A stretch of DNA of 64,000 nucleotides from Paragordius varius (Eukaryota; Animalia; Nematomorpha). Where the stretch lies: positions 5,270,001 to 5,334,000 of the forward strand of contig OZ176055.1 of the NCBI GenBank assembly GCA_964247055.1, given 5' to 3'. The stretch's first letter is position 1. The number at the start of each line of letters is the position of its first letter. The notes below the pieces were generated by a model. It was given only the letters and a program-made list of their open reading frames with translations. It did not search any database and was not told where the DNA came from. The translations under genes and the position numbers were made by a program. Of this stretch, positions 50,010-62,167 are shown piece after piece.

Positions 50010-50700
50010 CTTATTCCAAAAAATATCACTAATACATCATAAACTAATAAATATAATTTTTATAAGATATTAGAATTTAGTGGGCTCAAAAAGTTTTAAA
50101 TTAAAAATAAAGGCGTAAGAAGATTGTGCTATGCAAATAAAATATGTTAAAGTTTGACATCAAAAAAAGTTTTTCCGAAAAAATAGACATTTTGCATAAA
50201 ATTTAATTTTTAGCAAAATTCTAAAGCGAATCGTATTTTGATGCATGGTAGAAACAGTGTAAAAACTATATATAATATTATAGAAACATTCTCCTAAACA
50301 ATTCGTTGATGCTAAACAGTTCTATCCCAGCGGTTTTCATACCTTTCCACTACGCTTCAACATAATTCTGCTATTAATTAAAAGTGTGAACAAAGTATGC
50401 ATTTTTTCAAAAATATGTTTTTTTTAACGCCACAACCTAACATATATTACACATTATCGCGAAACGGGATTTTGTGTTTATTGTAAGAAAACTAGCCTAT
50501 TTTTGAATGGCAAACAAATTTGGGACTTTCAGAACCTACCTTTATAAATACAAATTTTATAAAAATATTGTTTTGTTATATGTATTAAATGATATATTTA
50601 AATGATATTTTTAGTAATGAAGAATTTATTTTCACCAAAAAATTTTTATAAAAATGTGCGCAAATTTTGGCATTTTATGATATGAAGCAACACAAAAGTG
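50010..50700. mobile_element. Old abundant inverted-repeat element family; related fragments at ~44280-44560, 49400-49500, 50730-50830, 52620-52860, 58140-58480, 60260-60400
   Basis: Recurrent motifs GC(C/T)TTATTCCAAAAAATATCA, CTTACGAGTGA, GCTCCATATCA, AACTAGCCCATTT; boundaries approximate. Confidence 0.5.
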
Positions 50701-52120
50701 TAAATTTCTTCACTCAATTTTGTGGACACTGTGTGCAGCTAATTTTGCGATTTTTTGATATAGAGCATTTACCACAAAAATCCAAATAACTTCACTCGTA
50801 AGCCCCACAACCAAAGCACCACGAGGTTATGATACATTTATCTATCATAATATATAAAATTAAAAGAATTTTATACCGCCGATATTCAGTAATGTGCTGT
50901 GGATAACCCAACAATTTAGTATCAAGTACGATCCGCATTGCAAAACAATCTTTGGCCTTCAAAAAATAACTCAGTTTAAATTTAGGGGCATCTAAATATC
51001 CCGATAAAATTTATAAATTCGAATGGTAACCTTAAGATTCTCATGGTGCATATCTTTTTGCCTTACGAGTGATTTAATATATACGAATCGCAAAACTAAC
51101 ACCCTTTATGCTAATTTTTTGGCCAAACTAAATGCTTCATTCAAAAAAAAATATTATGAAAATATCTGATTTCATTCAAAAGGCAAAGCTTTTTATATAT
51201 TTGATTTTAATGTGCGCTCCAAAAGGTCATGGAGCACGTTTAACACTTGGATACAACACATTCATTTTAGAGCTTCGATTCATTGGGGTAGTTAGATACC
51301 CCATGCCGGTTTAAAATTAAATACATTATAAAATATGGAAAAAATTAAAGTCATGACGAAATTGTGCACTTATATAACATTAATAAACCGAAATATATAA
51401 AAATTATTATTCAAAAATATTTGATATTATTTAATTTAATGACCCAAATGTATAAATTTAGTCAACGTAACATGAATGCATCGGCTAAATTGAAAAATCA
51501 AAATACACCATTTTTTATTATTATCACTGTTTGATGTAATATAAAAATTAGATTTAATTTTACCTTTAAAAATGAACAGGATATTTTGCAAAAATTTTGT
51601 AAAATAAAAATTGCATCGAAGTTTGACATGGAACTTTTTTTTCAAAACGAAATTTTATTTAGATGTTTTGGCTAATATAATTATTATCAGGATATAAGCA
51701 TAAATTTATATTGCGACCATTTCCTTCAGTAGTTTTTAAAAAATATTAATTTAAATTTAGTCTGGGGTATTTAGATATTCCAATTTGAATCGAAGTGTCA
51801 AATGGCTAGTTTTATTAAAATTAAAACATAACTGCAGAGATTATGCCATGAATACGATAGTTTTTTTACATCAAAAGCATACTTTGTTAAAAATTTTGGC
51901 AAAACTTTGATAAATATTATTTTTATAATATAGCTGAAAAAAATAAATTACTCTAAGAATAAAAAAGGACTTTTTTTAATATAATTCAATGATGTCAAAC
52001 CTTTACCTCAGAATTTTATAAAATTTGTTCGCCTCAAAATTTAAGTGAAATATTATGTTTCACAAAAATATACACAAATTGGATCGAACAAAGGTTTAAA
52101 TCATATATCTAAGGTGTTAA

Positions 52121-52450
52121 CACTTCATTACCCTTACACTTTTTGTCCTAGTTTACACATTGAGGTAGTTTTATATCCCACTTCTCAATTTCGTAAATAA
52201 ACTACAGTTTTAATTTAAAAGTTGTTCTCATATATGAGATAAAGCTTGTTATGGAGTCTAAAATTGGGACACCTCCAAAAATTTCGAACAATTAATATTA
52301 AAATCAAAATAATTTTGCTGGTAAAAGCATTAAAGCTTTTTAAAGTTATTTATTTATAATTAACCATTAAATTTTGTTTAAACAAATTTATAAAAAATGG
52401 GGTCAAAAGGTTGAGATGAGGATTGTATTACAATTTTTTTTAAAAAAATA
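52121..52450. mobile_element. Partial TTAA-flanked MITE
   Basis: TTAA-CACTTCATTACCCTT; colinear with 1574-1860. Confidence 0.55.
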
Positions 52451-52938
52451 TTTTGTTTACCTCAAAATGTCATGATATGTTAAAATGATTTGCATCATCG
52501 AAATTAGAAAATATTTAAATGTTATGTGTTATCATACTCTTCCATTCTGCCTCAAAATAATATAAAATACACTACGACAAGCTAAAATTATACTTTGCGT
52601 GCATTTTTAAAAAATATTTTTTGTGATGTTATAATCTATAAATTAATTATTTAGCCCATTTTAAAGAGGCCGAAAATCCGAGATTTTTGTAGATTACATC
52701 AAAATATTTAGGTTTAAAAAATATATTTTTGCTTTTTAAATATCATTTTAGGGATATTTGGAATGAAGCATTTAGCTTTCGCCAAAACATTTTAATTTGC
52801 CTTATACTAAAATTTTACCATTTGTCTCGAACAATTACCATGAAAGTGTAAATAATTCTTTTAAATGACACAAGGGCCCAAAATTAGCATCATGAATATC
52901 CTAATGCATTTATCTATTATAGAAGTTATACAAGCATA

Positions 52939-53070
52939 TACCCGACGCCCGACGCAACTAAATGGCTGTCACTGAGCCACCATTGATTGGTGTATGGAAG
53001 GGCAGAAAGGGACGTCTTTTGTAGACAGTTGCGATGTGGGTCTGCTACACCCTTTTCTTGATACACCTTG
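52939..53070 (+). mobile_element. Short retroposon insertion (SINE or 5'-truncated LINE end)
   Basis: 11-bp direct repeat ATACAAGCATA at 52928-52938 and 53071-53081; GC-rich body; CTTGATACAC tandem tail. Confidence 0.72.
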
Positions 53071-53117
53071 ATACAAGCATAACATATGAAATATGATATT
53101 GTGAAGAAAACGGGTGG

Positions 53118-56100
53118 ATGTCTCCTTTACTGAAAGGAATTTTAATTATTTTATTAATCAATATATTATGGGTTTTAGCATCAGAATTAACAGAATATTT
53201 ATTTATGTATTCACATTTTCAGAAGCCATTTCTTATCACTTATGTGAATTCCATAGTTTTATCCCTATCATTCCTAAATTTTTACGTTTATAAAATATTT
53301 ATTGGTATTTTTACCTACTTTAAACGCCGCCTTAATTCATATGAAAGACTTATTGAAAATCATAATACTCAGAATGAATACTCAACTTTCTATATATTTG
53401 GGGATGGAGTAATTAAATTAGCACCAATATTCGGTATACTATATTTTGTACAAAATTATTCATATGCATTAGCATTGTATTATTCAACGCCTTCATTAGT
53501 TAATGTTATATCTTCCACTTCATGTATTTTTGTTATATTTGTTAACCTCGGGGCACAATTTTTTTGGCCTCAACATGAGTATCTTGTTAGAGAAAAAAAG
53601 ATTTGTTTAAAACTCTTTTTTGCCTGTTTAAACATTGTTGGTGTTGTACTTATAACTAAATCTACCACGGAATCAACCAAACCCAACTATAATAATAACA
53701 CTTTTGTCCAATCTCAAAATATAACTCCAATCTATGATCTTATAACGCGATCAAATATTGTTCCGGGTTGGCCACCACAATGTATATTTGATTTGGGGAA
53801 ACCTGTGTTAACACCGGAAACCTCGCGATTTTACTCACTCTTAGGGACCGCTTTAGCCCTAATTGGTGCATTTTCTTACTCTTTTTATTCTACGCTAATT
53901 CAATTCCACAAGGGCCATACTCGAAATGCTGCATATTTGCTCACACTTGCCGGCCTTTGGGCCTGTGTGTTGACATGGCCCTTTTTTATCGCCCTTCATA
54001 GTTGGTGCATTGAACGATTTTCCTTAACTGAAATACGGGTAAACGAATGGCTGTTAGCTATTGGATTAGCCTTTTTAGGTATCAAAATTGTTCTTAATTA
54101 AATAATTATATTAAAATGAATGGTAATAAAATAAAAATATTTTGTTTAAAAATATAATATAAGAAAAGACAATGTTGAAACCAAAACCCCAAAATTTGAT
54201 ATGGGTTCAAATTTTTAAAGTATCAGTTTTAAAACCGATTATACGAAGTATTAGAATCGTTTTTAATCATAAAACTTACTCTGTTGGTAATCCCCTTTTT
54301 ATCAGTTCATTCTTCCCTTGTTATAAAAAGGAACTGACATATAAACCAGGGGTGGCCTAACGGTCGACCGCGGTCGATTTTGTGACCCGGGATTTAAAAT
54401 GTGACCGCCTGAAAATTTTTCGAAAAATAAAATAATTTTACATAGATTTTTTCCACAAAATAATTCTTAATTTATTTTAATTTTGTGTTTAAAAAAAATT
54501 GTTGACAATAATTTATATTTAGTTAATTTAAATTATTTTTATCATATCTGTTTTAGTTAAATTTTAAATCATTGCGATTTCCTTAGAAAATAGTTTAAGT
54601 TTAGCAAAAAAACGGAAGCAGGTATCCATTAAACTTATATTTTAAAATAATTAAAAATATAAGTCAGTAAATTTCTTAAATATATGGTTATAGAAATGAA
54701 TAGGAAGATTATTTTTTATACTGAACAATAATAAATGTTCTTGTTTGATATGCAATTTTACCGTCGATTTACATAAAAAAGCAGATATCCAATGAATTTA
54801 CTATGCTTCACACGAATTATCAAAATACAATTCAGATATTCTCAAATCAAAAATTAAACTATTGAAAGAGCAATTAAATGCCCAGAAACAGTGGATTGTG
54901 AAATACAGCAAAAATCAAAAAAAAACATAATTGCAATATACAAAATGTCAGAAATCCAATAAAAAACAACAAATCTATCTAAGACGGAAATCAGAAAAAA
55001 GTAGACCAAAAGAATATTATGAAATCAATTTAAAAGTTTATTCCTATCTAGAAACACATTTAGCGGAAAGGTATGATCTTAATCAGAATCTTACCGTAAT
55101 TTTACATGATATTGGATCTTGTAAATTTTTTCTTTTCTAATTGACGAATCCAGCGATTGCGTTGAAATTCCGCAATTATGCGTTTTTATTCGCATGGTCT
55201 TCCATGACATGTCCACCACAGAAGAGTTATACCTCTGCCAGAACACACCAGAGTTTAGGATATATTATATTCATTTAATAATTATAGAACAGTTATAAAT
55301 GTATTGATTTGAAAGCTTGTATCCATAACAATCGGCGAAACTCCAGCGATGATTGCAGTAAATAATGGGTTTCATGGCTTGCAAATCTCGAGATTTTCCA
55401 GATTTATGAAAATTTACGAGATTAGGCGGTTGGACTAAGAAATAATAAATATTTGTTTAATTTTTCTGAGATATCGCATCAAAAGGCAAGTCCAAGAAGC
55501 GATTCTATATAATTTAATTGTGGATATGAATAATTTTTTTCTATAAATAGATATATTAGTAGAAATTGACCTAAAATTCCTTTTAATTATACCTAAAACT
55601 GCGCGCGACACTCTTTGCGATTTGATGAAAAATGTCCATTCTTAAAATCTGGTATGCATTATTCCATAAAATCAGGTGAATCACAAAGATCTTTGCCAAG
55701 AGCCACAAATCCATTTTTTTAGATCATCTAAAATCCGTCGCAAAATGTGTACTAAATTATCCATTGTAAATTTGATAAATTGAATAATGTTAATGTTTTA
55801 GTATTTGTATTGATTATAAAGGTCCTCAGAATCATTTATTTATTTGATAAAATTAATATGTTTTATAAAAATAACTACTCATAAATTATTTTTGGTGATA
55901 TTTATTTCAAAATGGGTAGTGCTAACCCAATCCGTAAATAGATATTTATATATATATATATATATATTTGCATCCTGTATTGAACTGATATATGAATCTT
56001 TTGATACTTTATTTATACGTGCCGGGTGAAATTTTCTCTCAAAATTTAGTTATTAATATAAGGATATCGGCTCATGTTTTTTGAAACGATTAATTGATAT

Positions 56101-57359
56101 AGGTCACACAAAAATATTAAACGCAAAACATTATTCGTTAATATAAAAAAATACGATTATGCAGTAAATTTAATATAGAAATTTTCATTGCATCATAGCG
56201 GAAGTAGCTTATATTATAGATAACGCATGATATATAAAATATAAATGGTTTTTCCATGCAATTTCGAAAAAATTTTTTACTTTAGTTTTATAATTTAGTA
56301 AGTTTTTATACCAGAGAATCAAATATACTGGCGAGAAAATCGTTAATCACAATTTTATCGAATTGCATTAAAAACTAATTATATTTTATATATTAAGGGT
56401 TATATACTTTACCGCTAAATCAAATTTAAAAATTCCTTTTTATGAAGCTCAAATTATTTTTCAACGGGATTAAACATTAATTATATTATATTTAAAATAC
56501 AAATAAATTTTTTACCGCATTGCAATTTTTTGTTTAAATGGCACGAGTGGTCATTGAAAGGCTCCTCTGTAACAATTTGAAACCTTAGGTTTATTATTTT
56601 TGTGACCAACATTGACAAATATCATTTGCGCAATCAAAAATAGTTGATAAGAGGACCATAGACAAAAAAGGCTGGAAACAATTAATAATTTTTAACCGTT
56701 TAATATTTCTGAGTCGATGGTATTATAATATATTTAAAAAAGTCGAAAAAAAAGAATTGCAAATAATATTATTGGGGATATATCGTAAGGATTTAACGAA
56801 AAACGAATTAATATTTTTCCTTCAAAGTTCTATAAAAATCAAGGGCCATGTGAATGAGCCTTGGACAGGTATTTCAGTGAATAGAACCGGCTAAGCGTCC
56901 AAAATAGCCAAAATAAATGTTTGTAATAATTTATATATCTCAAAATTTAATATAGGGAAATTTTTAGCCATTATTTTTGTGGCTCAAACTCAAAATTTTA
57001 TAACCTTTAATGTAAGAGAAAAATTCATTCCATAAATTTAATTTTGAACCGGCTTATATAACTGGTTGATTCAAATGGTGGAGAATTAATTTTTTTACAA
57101 AAAGCTTGAAATATCCGTCGCTTTAAAGTATTTATCTACTAATTTAGGCACTGCCATTCCCAATACTCTATACGCTCAAGCTACAATACTTACATCTCCT
57201 TTGATCGTTTCATTAGGCGTGAGCTTAAGTATACCCATGACCCTGGCTTACGATTTAATCATTAATCATTTCCGCTTTTCTTGGCTCTTTTACATTGGTG
57301 GCGCAAACATAATCATATCATTTTTAGCTATTACATATCTGTCCTCAATCCCACAATAA
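53118..57359 (+). CDS. SLC35F5: SLC35F5-like (THI74/YML018C-type) DMT-superfamily transporter, 2 exons (53118-54078, 57148-57359), 390 aa
   Basis: GILIILLINILWVLASELTEYLF...FQKPF and GTAIPNTLYAQATILTSPLIVSLGVSLSIPMTLAYD..FSWLFYIG match family N- and C-termini; phase-1 GT-AG join; divergent, so orthology is tentative. Confidence 0.75.
54347..55500 (+). mobile_element. Decayed hAT (Charlie/GTF2IRD2/ZBED5-like) transposon with transposase pseudogene, inside SLC35F5 intron
   Basis: Left end CAGGGGTGGCCTAACGGTCGACCGCGGTCGA; peptides KCSCLICN (Zn finger), LIDESSDCVEIPQLCVFIRMVFHDMSTTEEL and KLVSITIGETPAM across stops and frameshifts; right end not found. Confidence 0.82.
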
Positions 57360-58497
57360 AGGTTGCATAATAATGTTACTTATCAATTTGTATGATGCTT
57401 TATGAAATCATATTTTGCCTGTTTATATTTATTTTTCCTAATAATGTATTTATACCAAACCTTGCCCGAGTGATTTGTAATTAGTTTTTAAGTTATTTAT
57501 AATTTTAAATTATTTTATATATAGAAATTTATATGCACCAAAAAATAAATTATAACAATGTTTTTATACGATTGCGTAAAGAGACAGAGAGATAGGGGGT
57601 AGCATTCTTTAAATCCTTATCTTTTTTAAGAAATCAATATTTTCTGGATGGTAATTACAACTTTTTTAATTTATTATCAACAGCTTAACAAACTAGATCC
57701 GAATATTAGACGATGCGACCAAATTGTAAAGCCTCGATATAATAAATTTCGAAATGAATCATTGAGTTAACATTGGAAAATAATTGTTTTAGCTTTTTAT
57801 CGGCCAAAATCAAAACATTGCATTTATTTTGCATATGTGGTTGAATAATACTCAGAATAAGAAAACGAGTCAGCTAAATTTTTATTTGTTAACATGTTTC
57901 ACAAAAAAATCCTAGAAAATATTATTTTTTATATTTTTCATTATTTAAAACATCGTCAAAAACTCACAAAAAAAGCCAAGTTCCATTTTGGAAACTCAAA
58001 CGAATTCAGATATTTATATAGTGGGATTTTAACAGAGGGTGGGGGACCTACCTGGATACAGTGTCTATAAAAAAAAATTTCATATTATATATAGATATAT
58101 TCTGATAGAAAATGTAGGATTATGTTAGTGTTTAGATTTTGGACCTTACGAGTGATAAGTTATTAACACTGTAGGTAACTGCTCCATATCAAAAAATGAA
58201 AAAATTTACGCATATTTTGTTAAATAAATTTTTTTGATTAAAGTTAAAGGCTTCATTCCAAAAAATATCATTTGAATATATTTTAATTAACAATAAAAAT
58301 TTATATGTTAAATTTTAACATCAAAATAAGTTTTATTGAAAAAATGGGTATTTTGATCAAATAGCAAAATTTTGGTAAAGCGAGTTTTATAGTATCTAAA
58401 GCATGGTGGTAACGGTATAAAATCCAAGATATTGTTTAAACACTTTTTCTTAGTAATTCGATGTTCATTTCTTTCACCTCATAATTTTGAATTAAGG

Positions 58498-58740
58498 CAG
58501 CGGTGGCCAACACGCGCTCTAAAATAATTCTGCAGCCCGAGAAAAATTTTAAATACAAACGAAATTCAAGTAAAATCATTTTTTAAAACAATCTGAATAA
58601 ATCTTTTTAAACTTGGCAATGAACTAGCAAAAAATATTAAAATAAATAGTAGTTTTTACAAAATGTTTGAATAAAAAGTTTTGATGCAGCCCGTATTTTT
58701 TATCATACGGCTCGGGAAGGCATTTTGTTGGAAACCCCTG
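58498..58740. mobile_element. Small hAT-type MITE
   Basis: Ends CAGCGGTGGCCAAC / GTTGGAAACCCCTG; GCAGCCCG subterminal motif twice; TSD degenerate (5/8). Confidence 0.62.
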
Positions 58741-59159
58741 ATTTTATGGTTCGTTTGCTTTAGATTCTGGGTGAAATTTAATAAAACAATTCATATAAGA
58801 CGAACGATTTTTTTCATCAAAATTCTCAGATAATAGAAATGTTCTGTATCATCCAATTATATTAAAAAAGTGTTTTTTAAATATCATAAAGCGTTTTACC
58901 ATTTGCATTGTCCTAAAAAAGTATGAGTACGCTTCAATAAAATTTTTCTCAAAATTGAATTTTTGAACAAAGTCTGAATTTTTTCATTAATCGTTTTTAA
59001 TGTCATGTTATCATATGCTAAAAAATTTGGCCGCGAAATCTAGGCATTTCTGCGTTCATTATAAGAAGGGCGAAATAAATTAAAATAAAACCGGTTCTAA
59101 AATTGTATAAAAATATTGTTTTGCTTTTTAAATATAATCTATCACAATTATACTCATAC

Positions 59160-59950
59160 TTTTTTCATCTCTCTCTCAGGTAATAAATGAATGCCGTTCC
59201 AGAAAAATTGATTATCTTATGCAGAAAGCCATTCGTCAAGTCATTTTCCAAGGTATTATTATTGAAGTGCTGCTCTACGAAGGTGTTCCCCATCGATGCA
59301 AAGTTGTATCAGTCAGATGGCACCAGGTCAGGAGAGTACCGCGCATGCGGAAAATTTTCCTATCGAGGCGAATTTAAGGTGACTTTACTCGTTTTTCTGT
59401 GTGGGTCGAAGCATTTTCGTATAGCAAAATTCTTCTGCCATGTTTTTTGGCTCATTCCGGACGTTTTTCGATTAATGCGTGGTTTACATTAGGTGTTTGT
59501 TAACGATAGCAGTGTGTATAAACGGTTTCACTGGGCTTTTGAATATACAATACCATTCTGATCTGGCCAATCACAAAACATGGGCTGCCTAATGTGGCCT
59601 ACGTCTGATTTTTACAACTGAAGGAGGTATCCTATATTTTTCCGTTTTTATATTCAAATAAAGCCACTTCTCATCACCCGACACAATTCGATGCAAAAAT
59701 GATTTCCTTTCGTGACGTTAAAACGAAATTTGATTGTTATATACCGAGTTTGTTCGTCTTTGTCATTGCTTGTAGACGTCTACTGATTGTAGCTGCGATA
59801 TGCAATGATTCTGCCAATTACCGCTGATGAGTTATCATCTGATGAACCTCGCGCATTATCATTTCTTACTGTGAAATCTAACAAAGTGCCTTCTCTCTTT
59901 AACATAGAAATCAGAACTTCTAAATTAAAACTCTGTTTCACATTTTAACC
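59160..59950 (-). pseudogene. Mariner (DD34D) transposase fossil
   Basis: Minus-strand peptides LHRIVSGDEKWLY, MFCDWPDQNGIVY, ENFPHARYSPDLVPSD*YNFASMGN..EQHF, in mariner order with stops and frameshifts. Confidence 0.85.
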
Positions 59951-60675
59951 TAGCTTTTTACTAGCAAACAATAAGTTTTAACAACTTTTTTCTTCTAATA
60001 GAAAGAAAAACAATGCAAGCCGTAAATGTTTTTCAGGCTAAAACATGATTATTAAATGATACTAATTGTATTCTAGATTTTGGCCAATCACCTGGGGTTT
60101 CCTTGCCGTTTAATGACGGATGAAAAAAAAAGCGTCCGTGTTAAACGACTGCATAAACGCTTACTCTTAGCTTAAACGGCAATGACTTAGTACTACACAT
60201 TACAAAAACAAAATCGGTAAAAATATGTCCTGATGAAATACTTCCAGAGATAGCATATTTTTGGTCTTACGAATCATAAAAAAATCTATTATAGGCAAAA
60301 TGCTTATCAAGAAATCGCATACTTTTTGCTGAAAGCTGATTGCTTTATTCCAAAATATCACAATATTTTATTTATATTAAATTTTAGATAAATTTTTAAA
60401 CAATAACAAGGGTTTTATATAATGAACGCAAAAACTGAAATTTCGCGCTAAGAATTTTTAATATGGTCTTAAAGCTCGTTTTATCATAGTTTGATGTGGA
60501 AACGGTTTAAAAATGCTTTGATATTATAAATTTTTATCAGAGAAATTTAATAAAAAAATTCGTTATTTGGATATTTTATAGGGTGATAGGTCTAAATTTG
60601 GCCCCTAAAAACTTTTTGCCGAGTATTTAATTTGCCTGCATAAAAATGCTTAAAAGAGTCTTTTTGTGCTAGAGC

Positions 60676-61090
60676 TAGGGTTGTGCTGACCAAGTCATGA
60701 CCCGGTCAATTGACCGGGTCATGACCAGGTCAGTGACTATTTTTTGACCATAGTCAATTAAAAAACAGCTGTTTTTAAAAATTGTTAGTAAATTTTCTCG
60801 GAAGAGAGATAGTAACATTTTATAGTTTTTTAATAAATTTTTTTTAAAAAAATAAATATTTAAATATGCTCATTTAACAATATATAAAAAATTGTTAAAC
60901 ATGCATCCTTATAACATTATCATTTAAGCATATCCAGGTATTTCGTAAAACAAAACAATCAAGCACCTTGCAGGCAATTATTCCATATATGTGTTCCAAT
61001 AGAATTATAACATCCTATAATTGGATATTTAAAGATGAAAGAAAGTGTAAAACAAAGGTAAATACTGGACATTTGAAATGTCCAAAAAAT
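60676..61090. mobile_element. hAT-like non-autonomous element, left end retained (same family as 45880-46544)
   Basis: Starts TAGGGTTGTGC then TGACC/GGTCA array including a perfect 32-bp palindrome. Confidence 0.72.
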
Positions 61091-62167
61091 ATTCTAGATG
61101 GAATTAGGATAGGCGAAAAACGGTTGTAATATTAAGTGTGCACCTTCGAGGCACAAACCTCTTATTAAAAAATTAACATAAAAATTATTTTTATACAATA
61201 TGTATCTACAAAAAACTTTATAATTACGAAACTATTTTATATACAGTAAATCATTTGGGTTATTGAAAACTTTTATACATTCTGAAGTTACCCCATTTAA
61301 AACTAAAATAAAATGATACATAATACGTGGACTCAATTAAAATCATTTACATCCCTGGCACTCAATGAAATAGAATTTATTTTAAATCAGTGGGGTAATT
61401 TATAAATTTAAATGTACAAATGAACACATTTATTGATATGTGGAAATTAAACAATTTGTGATAATGTTAGATATAAAATTTATTTTAAAATCTATTATTT
61501 ACAATGTTTTTAATAACAAAAATAAAAAAAATAATGTCAGCACAATAATATAATCCATGCAAATATATAATATGGCAATAAGTCAAATTAATAAAAAACA
61601 AGCAAATTCTAATATTAAATACAAATTTGATTTAATGCTTTATGTATACTCCTTCTAAATTGTACCTGATTTTATCTCAAAAATAATATGGTTTTACTTG
61701 GTAAACAGTACTTGGTTGTTGTTTTGATTATTCCAGGTCGTTAAGTTATTATAGGTAGTAAAAATATATTCAATATTCATCAATGAGAATATATGATAGA
61801 TATATATCAAATTTTGTAATGTATAGATAGGAAAGAGTAAGATAAGCATTCAATCAATTGTATGTATCAATCAATATATGTATGATATATCATCTATAAT
61901 GGTAAATAAAAGAAAAAATGGTAAAATTACACCGGAACCCTGGAGTTGAGTAGCAGTTGGCAGAAATGTTATGTGCATTATATTAATTTACTTTGGTGAG
62001 AGATGAAAGTAGATTGTTATGGCGCATTAATCTATCTAAACTTTTAACATCTTATCGAAAATGGACATCCATAAAAATTATGACCCGTATATAAAAAAAA
62101 CTTAACTCAATCAGAAAAATAGTCAAAAATATATACATAAAAATTTAAAAATAAATACTTGAACCAG

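Noticed and set aside
59824-59880. CTGATGAG ... GAAA resembling a hammerhead ribozyme core
   Set aside because: No supporting stems I-III; lies in the antisense strand of the mariner fossil
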